64,000 nucleotides of DNA, taken from the NCBI GenBank assembly GCA_002269645.1, contig NIVC01000608.1:363709-427708 (forward strand). Direction: 5' to 3'. The stretch's first letter is position 1. Each line of letters begins with the position of its first letter. The position numbers and the translations under genes are program-made. The DNA comes from Macrostomum lignano (lineage: Eukaryota). Under the pieces are notes generated by a model. That model did not search any database and was not told the origin of the DNA. It saw only the letters and a list, made by a program, of their open reading frames with translations. Below are positions 35,901 to 46,852 of this stretch, piece by piece.

Positions 35901-36582
35901 CCAGATGCGCCGGGTCCGCCTTGGACAGCAGGTTGGCGACTGCGCCTTCGGCCAGCGAGCCGTTCTCTACCGCCGTCCAAAATTCTGCCTGCCGGCCGTT
36001 CAAGCAGAGCAAGCCGGCCAGGCGGGCGCAGCGTCCGGCGTCGGCGCGCCTAGCCAGACAGTCGACCAGCCGGTGGCACAGCAGGCGGCTCAGCGACGGC
36101 TCGGTCAGCAGGTCAGGCGCCGGCTCCATCGAGGCGGCGACGGTGGCCAAGCGGTTCGACACCACGGTGGACAGGTTAGCCAGCCAGCGCGACACGGCCT
36201 CGTCTTCGGCCGGGTCAGCGCCGCCGCCGCCTCCGAGGAGAAATTCGGCCGGCCGGTCGCCAGTCAAATAGCGAATCGTCAGGCGGATGACGGCGGCCAA
36301 TGGCCGGCCAGACCGACAGGCTCGCCAGCGGGACAGCAGAGCCGCCAGCGACACGGCCGGGGGCAGCACGTCGATAAGGCGATCGGCAGCGTCGGACAAG
36401 CCGGACAGGCGACCGGCAGCTTCCGGACAGGCGAGCGAATCTACGATAGCTTGGAGCAGCGAGCCGCCAGCGTGGCTTAGCAGCGTTGGCCGGACGGCCG
36501 GATCGGCTAGCAGGGACTCCAGCTCGGACAGTGGGCCGGCAGGTGACGATGAATCGAGCACGCGACGGAATAGTGGATCCAT
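32933..36582 (-). CDS. TELO2: Telomere length regulation protein TEL2 homolog (TTT complex), 3 exons, ~851 aa
   Basis: Exons 36582..35726, 35156..33761 and 33235..32933 have consistent phases. Motifs: IWSQPVVVRSNGIEQHRHIT, IGMATGEVVT, acidic PLDSDDDESDD (DSDD, CK2/PIH1-type site), PRYIRQLLDGL, FEGFAEKRMAALTEL, SQRLDAL, NAFSQHAGEFFFGL, HPEAPVRRGALF, EPDAECRQLA. Length matches metazoan TELO2. Confidence 0.9.
34535..34710 (-). repeat. Coding 33-bp (11-aa, GTPDGSKNPLP) tandem repeat inside TELO2 exon 2, 5 units plus a partial unit
   Basis: Units start at 34535, 34568, 34601, 34634, 34667 and 34700 (partial). All are in frame. Confidence 0.92.
35215..35640. repeat. Intronic G-rich minisatellite, ~34-bp core GGGTATAGGGTGGAGTGGGAGAGGCTCACA
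   Basis: Lies in TELO2 intron 1 (35157..35725). Confidence 0.92.
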
Positions 36583-36614
36583 GGGCTGGCGGGCTTCGGC
36601 TTTTGGACACGAGA

Positions 36615-37000
36615 TTGGGGTGTGTGGCTAGGCGGAGGTTGGGATTGGTTGGTAGGCGGAGATTGAGGTGGGTGGCTAGACTGAGGTTGGGGTTACTTGG
36701 TAGGCGGAGGATGAGGTGGGTGGCTAGACGGAGGTTGGGGTTGGTTGGTAGGCGGAGGTTGAGGTGGGTGGCTAGGCGGTGGCTGGGGTTGGTGGCTAGG
36801 CAGAAGTTGAGGTGGGTGGCTAGGTGGAGGTTGGGTGGGTTGGTAGGCGGAGGCTGAGATGGGTGGCTAGGCGGAGGCTGGGGTTGGTGGCTAGGCGGAG
36901 ATTGAGGTGGGTGGCTACGCGGAGGCTGGGGTTGGTGGCTAGGCGGAAGTTGAGGTGGGTGGCTAGGCGGAGGTTGGGGTGGGTTGCTTGGCGGTGGTTT
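36615..37000. repeat. G-rich ~21-bp-based minisatellite (TGGCTAGGCGGAGGTTG...) filling the TMEM170-TELO2 spacer
   Basis: Directly visible between the TMEM170 stop (37032) and the TELO2 ATG (36582). Confidence 0.9.
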
Positions 37001-37031
37001 AGGGCCAGAAGATGCTTCTTTTTGAAGATGG

Positions 37032-37457
37032 TCAAAGTACGGAGGTGAGCCCAGAGAAAGGCAGCACAGCCGAGACCAAATTAAGCAGGACGCCCCAGCC
37101 TGCGGCGTGATAATAAGTGAAGAAGCTGTGCCCAAGCAGGCCGGCTGAATAATAGACAAAAGCAACGCAGAGGCTGCTAACGGCGTGACCGGGGAGACTG
37201 TAGATCAGGCCGCCGGTGAATACGACAGGCGCCAGTCGGCCAACTGGGTGACCGCGCAATCGGACAGCTGCAACTGCCAGACCGATGAGGTGCAAAGCAA
37301 TGGAGAGCAGGCCGGTCCACAGGAACACCGCCCACCAGATGCCAGCGTAGCTGCTGCCGCTTGTGCCAATGATGTCGTTAATTGGATCGTCTGACGGCGA
37401 AACTGCGCTATCTCCAGCAGTTAAATTCAACGCCTGAAATTGGGAAGACAAATTCAT
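37032..37457 (-). CDS. TMEM170: TMEM170-like ER/nuclear-envelope membrane protein, single exon, 141 aa
   Basis: YAGIWWAVFLWTGLLSIALHLIGLAVAAVRLRGHPVGRL and SSLCVAFVYYSAG match the TMEM170 pattern (W..VFLW.L.S....H..A......LR.H..GR; TSA.IA.VY..AG). Three hydrophobic segments. Confidence 0.85.
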   Translation of the reverse strand: MNLSSQFQALNLTAGDSAVSPSDDPINDIIGTSGSSYAGIWWAVFLWTGLLSIALHLIGLAVAAVRLRGHPVGRLAPVVFTGGLIYSLPGHAVSSLCVAFVYYSAGLLGHSFFTYYHAAGWGVLLNLVSAVLPFSGLTSVL

Positions 37458-37599
37458 TTAGTTTCAAAGCCCAAATAAAAGCGAATCCCACAACAATAGA
37501 TCCCTGCTTTTGTCTTAAAGGTATCGAAATTGCACTGGACAAGACTTTATAGGAACCACAACTCCTGGTTGCTATGGTACGAGTAGTCTTCCTGGGCCA

Positions 37600-38695
37600 T
37601 CTTAGCAACGGCTTCTCGATGTGTTCTGGGCTGCCTTACAAACGGTTTCTCTGTGCGTTCTGGGCTGCCTTAGCAACGGCTTCTCGATGTGCTCTGGGCT
37701 GCCTTAGAAACGGTTTCTCTGTGCGTTCTGGGCTGCCTTAGCAACGGCTTCTCGATGTGCTCTGGGCTGCCTTAGAAACGGTTTCTCTGTGCGTTCTGGG
37801 CTGCCTTAGCAACGGCTTCTCGATGTGCTCTGGGCTGCCTTAGCAACGGCTTTTCGATGTGTTCTGGGCTGCCTTAGCAACGGCTTCTCGATGTGTTCTG
37901 GGCTGCCTTAGCAACGGCTTCTCGATGTGCTCTGGGCTGCCTTAGCAACGGCTTTTCGATGTGTTCTGGGCTGCCTTAGCAACGGCTTCTCGATGTGTTC
38001 TGGGCTGCCTTAGAAACGGTTTCTCTGTGCGTTTTAGGCTGCCTTAGCAACGGCTTTTCGATGTGTTCTGGGCTGCCTTAGCAACGGCTTCTCGATGTGC
38101 TCTGGGCTGCCTTAGCAACGGCTTCTCGATGTGTTCTGGGCTGCCTTAGCAACGGCTTCTCGATGTGTTCTGGGCTGCCTTAGAAACGGTTTCTCTGTGC
38201 GTTTTAGGCTGCCTTAGCAACGGCTTTTCGATGTGTTCTGGGCTGCCTTAGCAACGGCTTCTCGATGTGTTCTGGGCTGCCTTAGAAACGGTTTCTCTGT
38301 GCGTTTTAGGCTGCCTTAGCAACGGCTTTTCGATGTGTTCTGGGCTGCCTTAGCAACGGCTTCTCGATGTGCTCTGGGCTGCCTTAGCAACGGCTTCTCG
38401 ATGTGTTCTGGGCTGCCTTAGCAACGGCTTCTCGATGTGTTCTGGGCTGCCTTAGCAACGGCTTCTCGATGTGTTCTGGGCTGCCTTAGCAACGGCTTCT
38501 CGATGTGTTCTGGGCTGCCTTATTAACGGCTTCTCGATGTGTTCTGAGCTGCCTTAGCAACGGCTTCTCGATGTGTTCTGGGCTGCCTTATTAACGGCTT
38601 CTCGATGTGTTCTGGGCTGCCTTAGCAACGGCTTCTCGATGTGTTCTGGGCTGCCTTATTAACGGCTTCTCGATGTGTTCTGAGCTGCCTTAACA
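37600..38695. repeat. 34-bp minisatellite TAGCAACGGCTTCTCGATGTGTTCTGGGCTGCCT, ~31 copies with interspersed variant units
   Basis: Directly visible between HINT3 and TMEM170. Confidence 0.97.
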
Positions 38696-39064
38696 AGTTC
38701 TGTGAGGTATCTGAGCAACCCTAGCAACGGCTGCTTTGAGAAATCATAGCGTCTCTACAAACACCTTTTTTCTTTATCAAAACTTCTACTCTTGTAAGAC
38801 GCATATAGGGCGATTCTTAAATGGGTTTAAAATGCAACTTTCTAATCTAGTAAAAAGGTACCTCTTAAAAAAAAAAAGTCAAGACCACGAAATAAATTTA
38901 AAATACTTTATAATTTATTAGTCTATCACAGATGATAATTAATCGATGTGCATAACTATAGACAAGAAAAGTACACAGCATGTATAACGTCACAATAATG
39001 ACTGAAGACAAAATATTACAAATGTTTATCAAATATTTTTATTCACTATTATCGCCATAAATAA

Positions 39065-42000
39065 TTAGTCCGGTAGATTATTTAGATACTCCATCAGACT
39101 CGGCACCTGTGTAAAATCAATGGACAGTATTATAATTATTAACAAACACGGCTTATTGAGGCCATATTGTCTTAACAGTTAACACTGATCGTATTTCACA
39201 AACTCACCGTGCAGAACCAATATGAATTGGGGCGAAAAATTAATCGCGACAGCCAAGTCAGTTCGGATTCTGGCCAAATCAAATGCACGTGAAAGTGCTT
39301 TACTAGACAGAAAGGCGGCCAGTGCAAACCCACCCTGCGTTGAACAGAGACAGGAGGATGCGTTCGTCATTGCATTCACATGGCTGAGGGCGATTCTCAC
39401 TGCATTCACATGGCTGAGGGCGATTCTTTTTGCATTCACATGGCTGAGGGCGATTCTCACTGCATTCACATGGCTGAGGGCGATTCTTTTTGCATTCACA
39501 TGGCTGAGGGCGATTCTTACTGCATTCACATGGCTGAGGGCGATTCTTACTGCATTCACATGGCTGAGGGCGATTCTTACTGCATTCACATGGCTGAGGG
39601 CGATTCTTATTGCATTCACATGGCTGAGGGCGATTCTGATTGCATTCACATGGCAGAGGGCGATTCTTACTGCATTCACATGGCTGAGGGCGATTCTTAC
39701 TGCATTCACATGGCTGAGGGCGATTCTTACTGCATTCACATGGCTGAGGGCGATTCTTACTGCATTCACATGGCTGAGGGCGATTCTTACTGTACTCACA
39801 TGGCTGAGGGCGATTCTGATTGCATTCACATGGCTGAGGGCGATTCTTATTGCATTCACATGGCTGAGGGCAATTCTTACTGCATTCACATGGCTGAGGG
39901 CGATTCTTACTGCATTCACATGGCTGAGAGTGATTCTTATTGCATTCACATGGCTGAGGGCGATTCTTATTGCATTCACATGGCTGAGGGCGATTCTTAC
40001 TGCATTCACATGGCTGAGGGCGATTCTTATTGCATTCACATGGCTGAGGGCGATTCTTACTGCATTCACATGGCTGAGGGCGATTCTTATAGCATTCACA
40101 TGGCTGAGGGCGATTCTTACTGCATTCACATGGCTGATGGCGATTCTTACTGCATTCACATGGCTGAGGGCGATTCTTACTGCATTCACATGGCTGAGGG
40201 CGATTCTTATTGCATTCACATGGCTGAGGGCGATTCTTACTGCATTCACATGGCTGAGGGCGATTCTTACTGCATTCACATGGCTGAGGGCGATTCTTAC
40301 TGCATTCACATGGCTGAGGGCGATTCTTACTGCATTCACATGGCTGAGGGCGATTCTTACTGCATTCGCATGGCTGAGGGCGATTCTTACTGCATTCACA
40401 TGGCTGAGGGCGATTCTTACTGCATTCACATGGCTGAGGGCGATTCTTATTGCATTCACATGGCTGAGGGCGATTCTTACTGCATTCACATGGCTGAGGG
40501 CGATTCTTATTGCATTCACATGGCTGAGGGCGATTCCTTTTGCATCGGTGTGATTGGATGTTCCTTATTATATTCAAATGCTCGGAAGTATTTTAGCTAC
40601 TCAAACTTAAATGCTTAAATGCAGGAAAGACTTGAGTAAATTTGAAATAATATAATTGGCACACCTGGTCTCTAGCCTGTTGCCACCCAGTTTCTCAATC
40701 GCTCCAAGTCCTGCCTCAACAAGTGACTCCACCAATGCAATATCAGATTTGGTCAGATGCTTGGCATCAGGGATGTGTTGGGCTGGACAGGCTAATAGGT
40801 GATGTTGGCTAGCTGGACGAATGTCACGAAATACCACAAGCTCATCTGTCTAAAAATTGCAATAGGATTAATAGGATTATTTTAAATTTCTAACTATGAC
40901 TGATTGACTGTCCTTATAATATGCACATTGTTCTAGAGTTTCTTAGGGCTATAGCTAAAATATTTAATACAAGAGCTGTTTGCTAGGACATTTATTATCT
41001 CCATATAAATTTTTACTACCACATTGAAACTGCTCAAATTAAATTAAAAATTAAAATTCTGCTTGAAGAGCCACATTTAATGCTTCAATTGTTTTGAATA
41101 GCTTTTGGGTTATGACTCAATAAATGATGAGTTCCAAGAAAGTGTACTGCATTGATTATAAATACTATTTATATTAATCAAGTTCTATAACATTACCATT
41201 TGTACCATACCATACATGCCCAACCTCAAAATTTCACCTATCCAGTGCAACTCAGTTTTGTTCTGATTTACGACTTAGTTTTTCCTGATTGCAGCTTAGT
41301 TTCTCCCAATAGTGACTTAGTTCCTTTTGATTGTGACTTAAATTTCACTTTGTTATGACTTTTCTTGCCTTTTACTATTTTCTTCTCTTTCTCTCTCTCT
41401 TCTTTCTCCTTTCTTTTCCTTTTCTCTTTCTCTCCTTTCTTTCTTCCTCAAATTTTTTGTTTTTCACATTTTTTATTTTGCGACTTACCCTGGCCAGCGG
41501 CCATTTCACCCATCTGGTTTGGATGGGTGTTAGGCATGTATGATTTGTACACTAGAAATTTCTGGCATACAAACAAAATAATCTCCTTTAAAGTTGGCAC
41601 ACACATTTTGGCATACCAATTCATGTCAATATTTGGGATACAAATTTTAGAGCACAAAAAAATATTTTTTATGTCCTTTTGGCATATACAATTTTGGCAT
41701 AAATTTTCCCATACATCTTGGGATGAGTAAACTATGCAATATTATCTAACTATGCAATTATAATTATGCAATTATATAATAAATAAAAGTTTGTATAATA
41801 TAAAAGTTAAATATTTCAATGATAAAATGTTTATTTCTTAAAATTTGTTGTAAAAACTAATTAAAATATGCTAAAAACTTTTAATTTAATATTGTTTTTT
41901 TATAAAGAAAATTTGGCATTTTTTGGAATTTTTTCAAAGGTTAGATAAGATATTTATCTAACAATTGATATTTGTCATTTTAGATTTTGACTTTTTCTAA

Positions 42001-42485
42001 TTCTTTTTCAAATCTTAATTGAATCTTGATTTAAAAAGGCTAAGAATCTGAGATGTAAATAAAGTAGAAAATAAAGAGCCTTTTATTGGGTACTTTGCCT
42101 TTTTGACTTATTTGAATTTAATAGGCCTATCTAAATCACTTTAGTCACTTTTGTTAATCTAATAGTAGTTTCAAAATTGACAATGCAATGGAAAGTATGT
42201 AAAATCTTTAACTCATATTAGACATCAGCTTTCACAAAAAATATAATAAATTAGTTTTTTTTCTAAGATACATACAGGATATAGAGTCCTCTAAACTATT
42301 GCTGGGAAAAATAATAAAATAGTGTTTAACTGATATGTTTAAAAAATATATGTAATAGAAAATACATATAGAAAAAATATCTATTTTAAATATCAATTTA
42401 ATGACTTATACATACCGACCTTTAGTACAATTGACTGACTATTTGGGGACTCTCCTGAAGCATATTCACAGAAAACACATGCCAT
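39065..42485 (-). CDS. HINT3: Histidine triad nucleotide-binding protein 3, 4 exons, 139 aa
   Basis: Exons 42485..42420 (MACVFCEY...), 40849..40665 (TDELVVFRDIRPASQHHLLACPAQHI), 39334..39208 (VGLHWPPFCLVKHFHVHLI...RPNSYWFCT) and 39106..39065. All are GT-AG and phase-consistent. The HxHxH motif and the HINT3-type PPF and NSYWF motifs are present. Confidence 0.92.
39369..40540. repeat. Intronic 30-bp minisatellite TGCATTCACATGGCTGAGGGCGATTCTTAC, ~39 copies
   Basis: Fills HINT3 intron 2 (39335..40664) and explains four repetitive ORFs of 412-446 aa. Confidence 0.98.
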
Positions 42486-44269
42486 TTTGTCTCGATGCGC
42501 TTATTGGCTCTTTTAGTGCTTTTATTAGGACCTATGCACAACTCAACAGAACAGCTTCACTATTACTGTATTTTATAATAACCCAGATAAATGTTCACCA
42601 TTAGCAAAAGCCTAAGCCCATATCGCAGTATACACTGTAAGCCCGAGTTGTATTTCTGGATGTTGATATGGTAGAAAGATACTTTTGACGTTTAGCTTAG
42701 CTTAGCTTAGCACTGTTTATAATATATAATATACCTACTTATACTTAAATGCGAAAAAATCTAATTTACGCTATTATCACCTAACACGCTCACAGGCAGG
42801 CCACCAGTAAGTTACAGATGAAAAATTGTTTCTTATAAAAATTGAAATCAATTTTTGTACTGGAATACTTATCTCGTAACGAAACAAACTTAATATCAAA
42901 ATTTTTTTATAAAAATATAAGAAACTAAATAGTGTCATATAAGACTTTAATTCTGGTTATTGCATTGCCAGCCAAACAAAAAAGTTTTTATTTAGATTTT
43001 CATTTTGCGTTACATGTCAGAAGACAATGCTGGAGTAAAACATTATGGCTTTGGCATCGTAAAAACAGTTTAGCTTTAACAATGAAAAGGAAATACAGCT
43101 TCTGATTCTGAAGGTTCCTACACAAGCTGACCGACATATACTATACTCCACCTTACTTAGAGAGAGATCTATAGAGCGCGATTACATGTACATGTACATC
43201 GATTTCATAGCTGCATACACACTGCAGTGTGACTGTACACCTATAACTGTATAGTCTGAGACTGAAATGCAAATGTAATTTATTATTTAATGGAAATACA
43301 CGTTAAAGTAAATGTAGAGAGCCAGGAAAAGTCGGTTCCATATTTTTACTGCATGGATATATGTACTGCATGAAAAAATATCAGAGGGACTAAAGAGTAT
43401 TTGTACATGTACATGTAGTCCCTATGAATGGTGAGGAAAACCTATACATATGCGGTTCAGATGCTGAACCCGCCGAGATTCGGAAAATACATGTAGAAGC
43501 AGAAACCATGCTCGTAGTTCTCGGCCGATTATTACACAACCTAAATCAAAAAACAAAACAATTCACATTTGTGCTCAGACAATAGTTTATTACTGTATTT
43601 ACAGCACAGAGTACTAGATCCAATTGTATATGTTCTTTCTGTACATGTTTTCGCGTGCTAATGTCTTAAGATTTAAAAAAATCCAATTGTGTAAATTTTT
43701 AAATAATAACTAGCTATTTTCTCGTTTATGGTATTATACATGTATATGGTGTACAAAGTACATATTAACTCCATAGTAAATTTTGTTAAACTAAATTTAT
43801 CTTGACACAATTAGCAAAGGCGCTGATTTAAAAGATATCGCGTGCACTTCTGCAGATAACTAATATTTATCGAGAAAAAATAAGTTGGTATTATAGTGTA
43901 TGATAAGAAGCGAGGCGTATAAAAATTACAAGTTCAGATTCATAATTCCATCAAGGCTTGCAAGAACTACAAAAGCATGTATGTTTATGTAATTTTTGGA
44001 TTTGCTTTAATTCCATTATCAGGCTTTTATACTATAAGCGATTCTAAAAATTTTAAGATGCTTTTATTTAACAATTCTGACCAGCGGGGGTTCTATAGTT
44101 TTTATTGATTGGTTAATTATCAATAATTTACGAAAATACTTTCTTACTTTCACTTTTTTGTCATTGACGAGAGCTACATGTTGCAAATTCAAAGTGACAT
44201 ATTCGATCTGTCTGAAGTTCGAAGAGTGACTCAATCTAGGACAGAGTGACCCACCCAGTTCACCACATA

Positions 44270-45730
44270 AAGCGACCCAGTTCAGGAAATACTGACCCAG
44301 TCCACTTCGAGTAACCCACGAGTAACTCACGAGTAACCCAATTCTTCACAAAAGACTGACCCAGTTCACGAGTGACCCAATTCAGGACAGACTGACCCAG
44401 TTCACGAATGACCCAATTCAGGACAGACTGACCCATGCAGTTCACGAGTGACCCAATTCAGGACAGACTGACCCATGCAGTTCACGAGTGACCCAATTCA
44501 GGACAGACTGACCCATGCAGTTCACGAGTGACCCAATTCAGGACAGACTGACCCATGCAGTTTACGAGTGACCCAATTCAGGACAGACTGACCCATGCAG
44601 TTCACGAGTGACCCAATTCAGGACAGACTGACCCATGCAGTTCACGAGTGACCCAATTCAGGACAGACTGACCCATGCAGTTCACGAATGACCCAATTCA
44701 GGATAGACTGACCCATGCAGTTTACGAGTGACCCAATTCAGGACAGACTGACCCATGCAGTTCACGAGTGACCCAATTCAGGACAGACTGACCCATGCAG
44801 TTCACGAGTGACCCAATTCAGGACAGACTGACCCATGCAGTTCACGAGTGACCCAATTCAGGACAGACTGACCCATGAAGTTCACGAGTGACCCAATTCA
44901 GGACAGACTGACCCATGCAGTTCACGAGTGACCCAATTCAGGACAGACTGACCCATGCAGTTTACGAGTGACCCAATTCAGGACAGACTGACCCATGCAG
45001 TTCACGAGTGACCCAATTCAGGACAGACTGACCCATGCAGTTCACGAGTGACCCAATTCAGGACAGACTGACCCATGCAGTTCACGAGTGACCCAATTCA
45101 GGACAGACTGACCCATGCAGTTTACGAGTGACCCAATTCAGGACAGACTGACCCATGCAGTTCACGAGTGACCCAATTCAGGACAGACTGACCCATGCAG
45201 TTCACGAGTGACCCAATTCAGGACAGACTGACCCATGCAGTTTACGAGTGACCCAATTCAGGACAGACTGACCCATGCAGTTTACGAGTGACCCAATTCA
45301 GGACAGACTGACCCATGCAGTTCACGAGTGACCCAATTCAGGACAGACTGACCCATGCAGTTCACGAGTGACCCAATTCAGGACAGACTGACCCATGCAG
45401 TTCACGAGTGACCCAATTCAGGACAGACTGACCCATGCAGTTCACGAGTGACCCAATTCAGGACAGACTGACCCATGCAGTTCACGAGTGACCCAATTCA
45501 GGACAGACTGACCCAGTTCACGAGTGACCCAATTCAGGACAGAATGACCCATGCAGTTTACGAGTGACCCAATTCAGGACAGACTGACCCATGCAGTTCA
45601 CGAGTGACCCAATTCAGGACAGACTGACCCATGCAGTTCACGAGTGACCCAATTCAGGACAGACTGACCCAGTTCACGAGTGACCCAATTCAGGACAGAA
45701 TGACCCAGTTCACGAGTGACCCAATTCACT
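44270..45730. repeat. 40-bp minisatellite TTCACGAGTGACCCAATTCAGGACAGACTGACCCATGCAG, ~35 copies
   Basis: Directly visible, intergenic between HINT3 and the Ena/VASP-like gene. Confidence 0.98.
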
Positions 45731-46369
45731 ATACGCTCGTAGAGTGACCTAGATCACGAGTTGTCTTCATTTACTGCTGGCTGCTGCATGCGAATAATTT
45801 CAGTAATTGGAACACCGAAAAATGGACGAAATATTCTCACAATTCCAAAGTTGCGCAAATAAAAAATCATTGTGTCCTACGCCAGCAATGATTTGATTTG
45901 CCTGAGCATTACCTTTAAATTGTGTAAACATTTGCGCAGCTAGGTACGGCACACGTCGTCGTGTTTTAGATGCTTTTTTGCTTTCTCTTTTTTATTAGAA
46001 ATGCTTTTATTTTCGTTTTGCGTTGTCTGGCTGCAAGGTCCGTTTGTGTGAGCATGCACAGAGCAGCGAAGTGTCTTGACTAACGAAAATGTAGACTTGT
46101 ATCAGTTAAATTAATTTCATCTATAAGTTATAGTTCGATCTATAATTTGTTGAACTGTAGTTGCGGGTGTAGAAAGAAATAGTTGAACTATCCATAAAGG
46201 TTAAAGGGACGGCTGCCGACTCTTGCCTTAATTGCGACAATTACTCAGAAGTCCCCCTGCTCTGCAGTAACTTGGCAAGCCTATAAGATCAAGCGTCATG
46301 AGCGTCAAGCGTAGTACGTGCTGCCTCTGTCGCTTGCGTTGGAGTCAGGGTCTGTCTGACATTTCTGTC

Positions 46370-46556
46370 TAGGGTCCTGCGCCAGGGCGGCCTTGTGTCT
46401 ATAGGGTCCTGCGCCAGGGCGGCCTTGTGTCTATAGGGTCCTGCGCCAGGGCGGCCTTGTGTCTATAGGGTCCTGCGCCAGGGCGGCCTTGTGTCTATAG
46501 GGTCCTGCGCCAGGGCGGCCTTGTGTTTAGGGTCCTGCGCCAGGGCGGCCTTGTGA
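46370..46556. repeat. 32-bp tandem repeat AGGGTCCTGCGCCAGGGCGGCCTTGTGTCTAT, ~6 copies
   Basis: Directly visible, ~300 bp upstream of the Ena/VASP-like ATG. Confidence 0.93.
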
Positions 46557-46852
46557 CTAGGCTCCTATGTCAGGTGATCCAGTTCTTGAAAGCGAGACCT
46601 ACTCGCCCAATGGCCCTGTGTCTAAAGGTTTTGTGTTCGATAGGCATAAAGTCCTGTGTCTAGGGTTCTAAGCCTAAGGTAACGTTCTTTGCCTACACTA
46701 CACTACATCTATAAGGGTTCTGGTTCTAGGGTCTTGTGTCTATGGAGTCCTCAGTCCTACCGGGTCCAGGGCCTTAGCTGTAACGATAGGCAGTAACAAT
46801 GAAATGCAGCCGTTCCGCGCAATAATCTTACAGGGAGCAGCAGAGCTCAGCA

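Noticed and set aside
39179-40618. Four 412-446-aa repetitive ORFs, including a Cys-rich (CECSKNRPQP)n that mimics metallothionein or keratin-associated proteins
   Set aside because: All arise from the 30-bp array inside HINT3 intron 2, whose flanking exons join in frame.
44270-45730. Regular 25-49-bp repeats here and elsewhere superficially resembling CRISPR arrays
   Set aside because: The units are head-to-tail with no unique spacers, there are no cas genes, and the context is eukaryotic and intron-containing.
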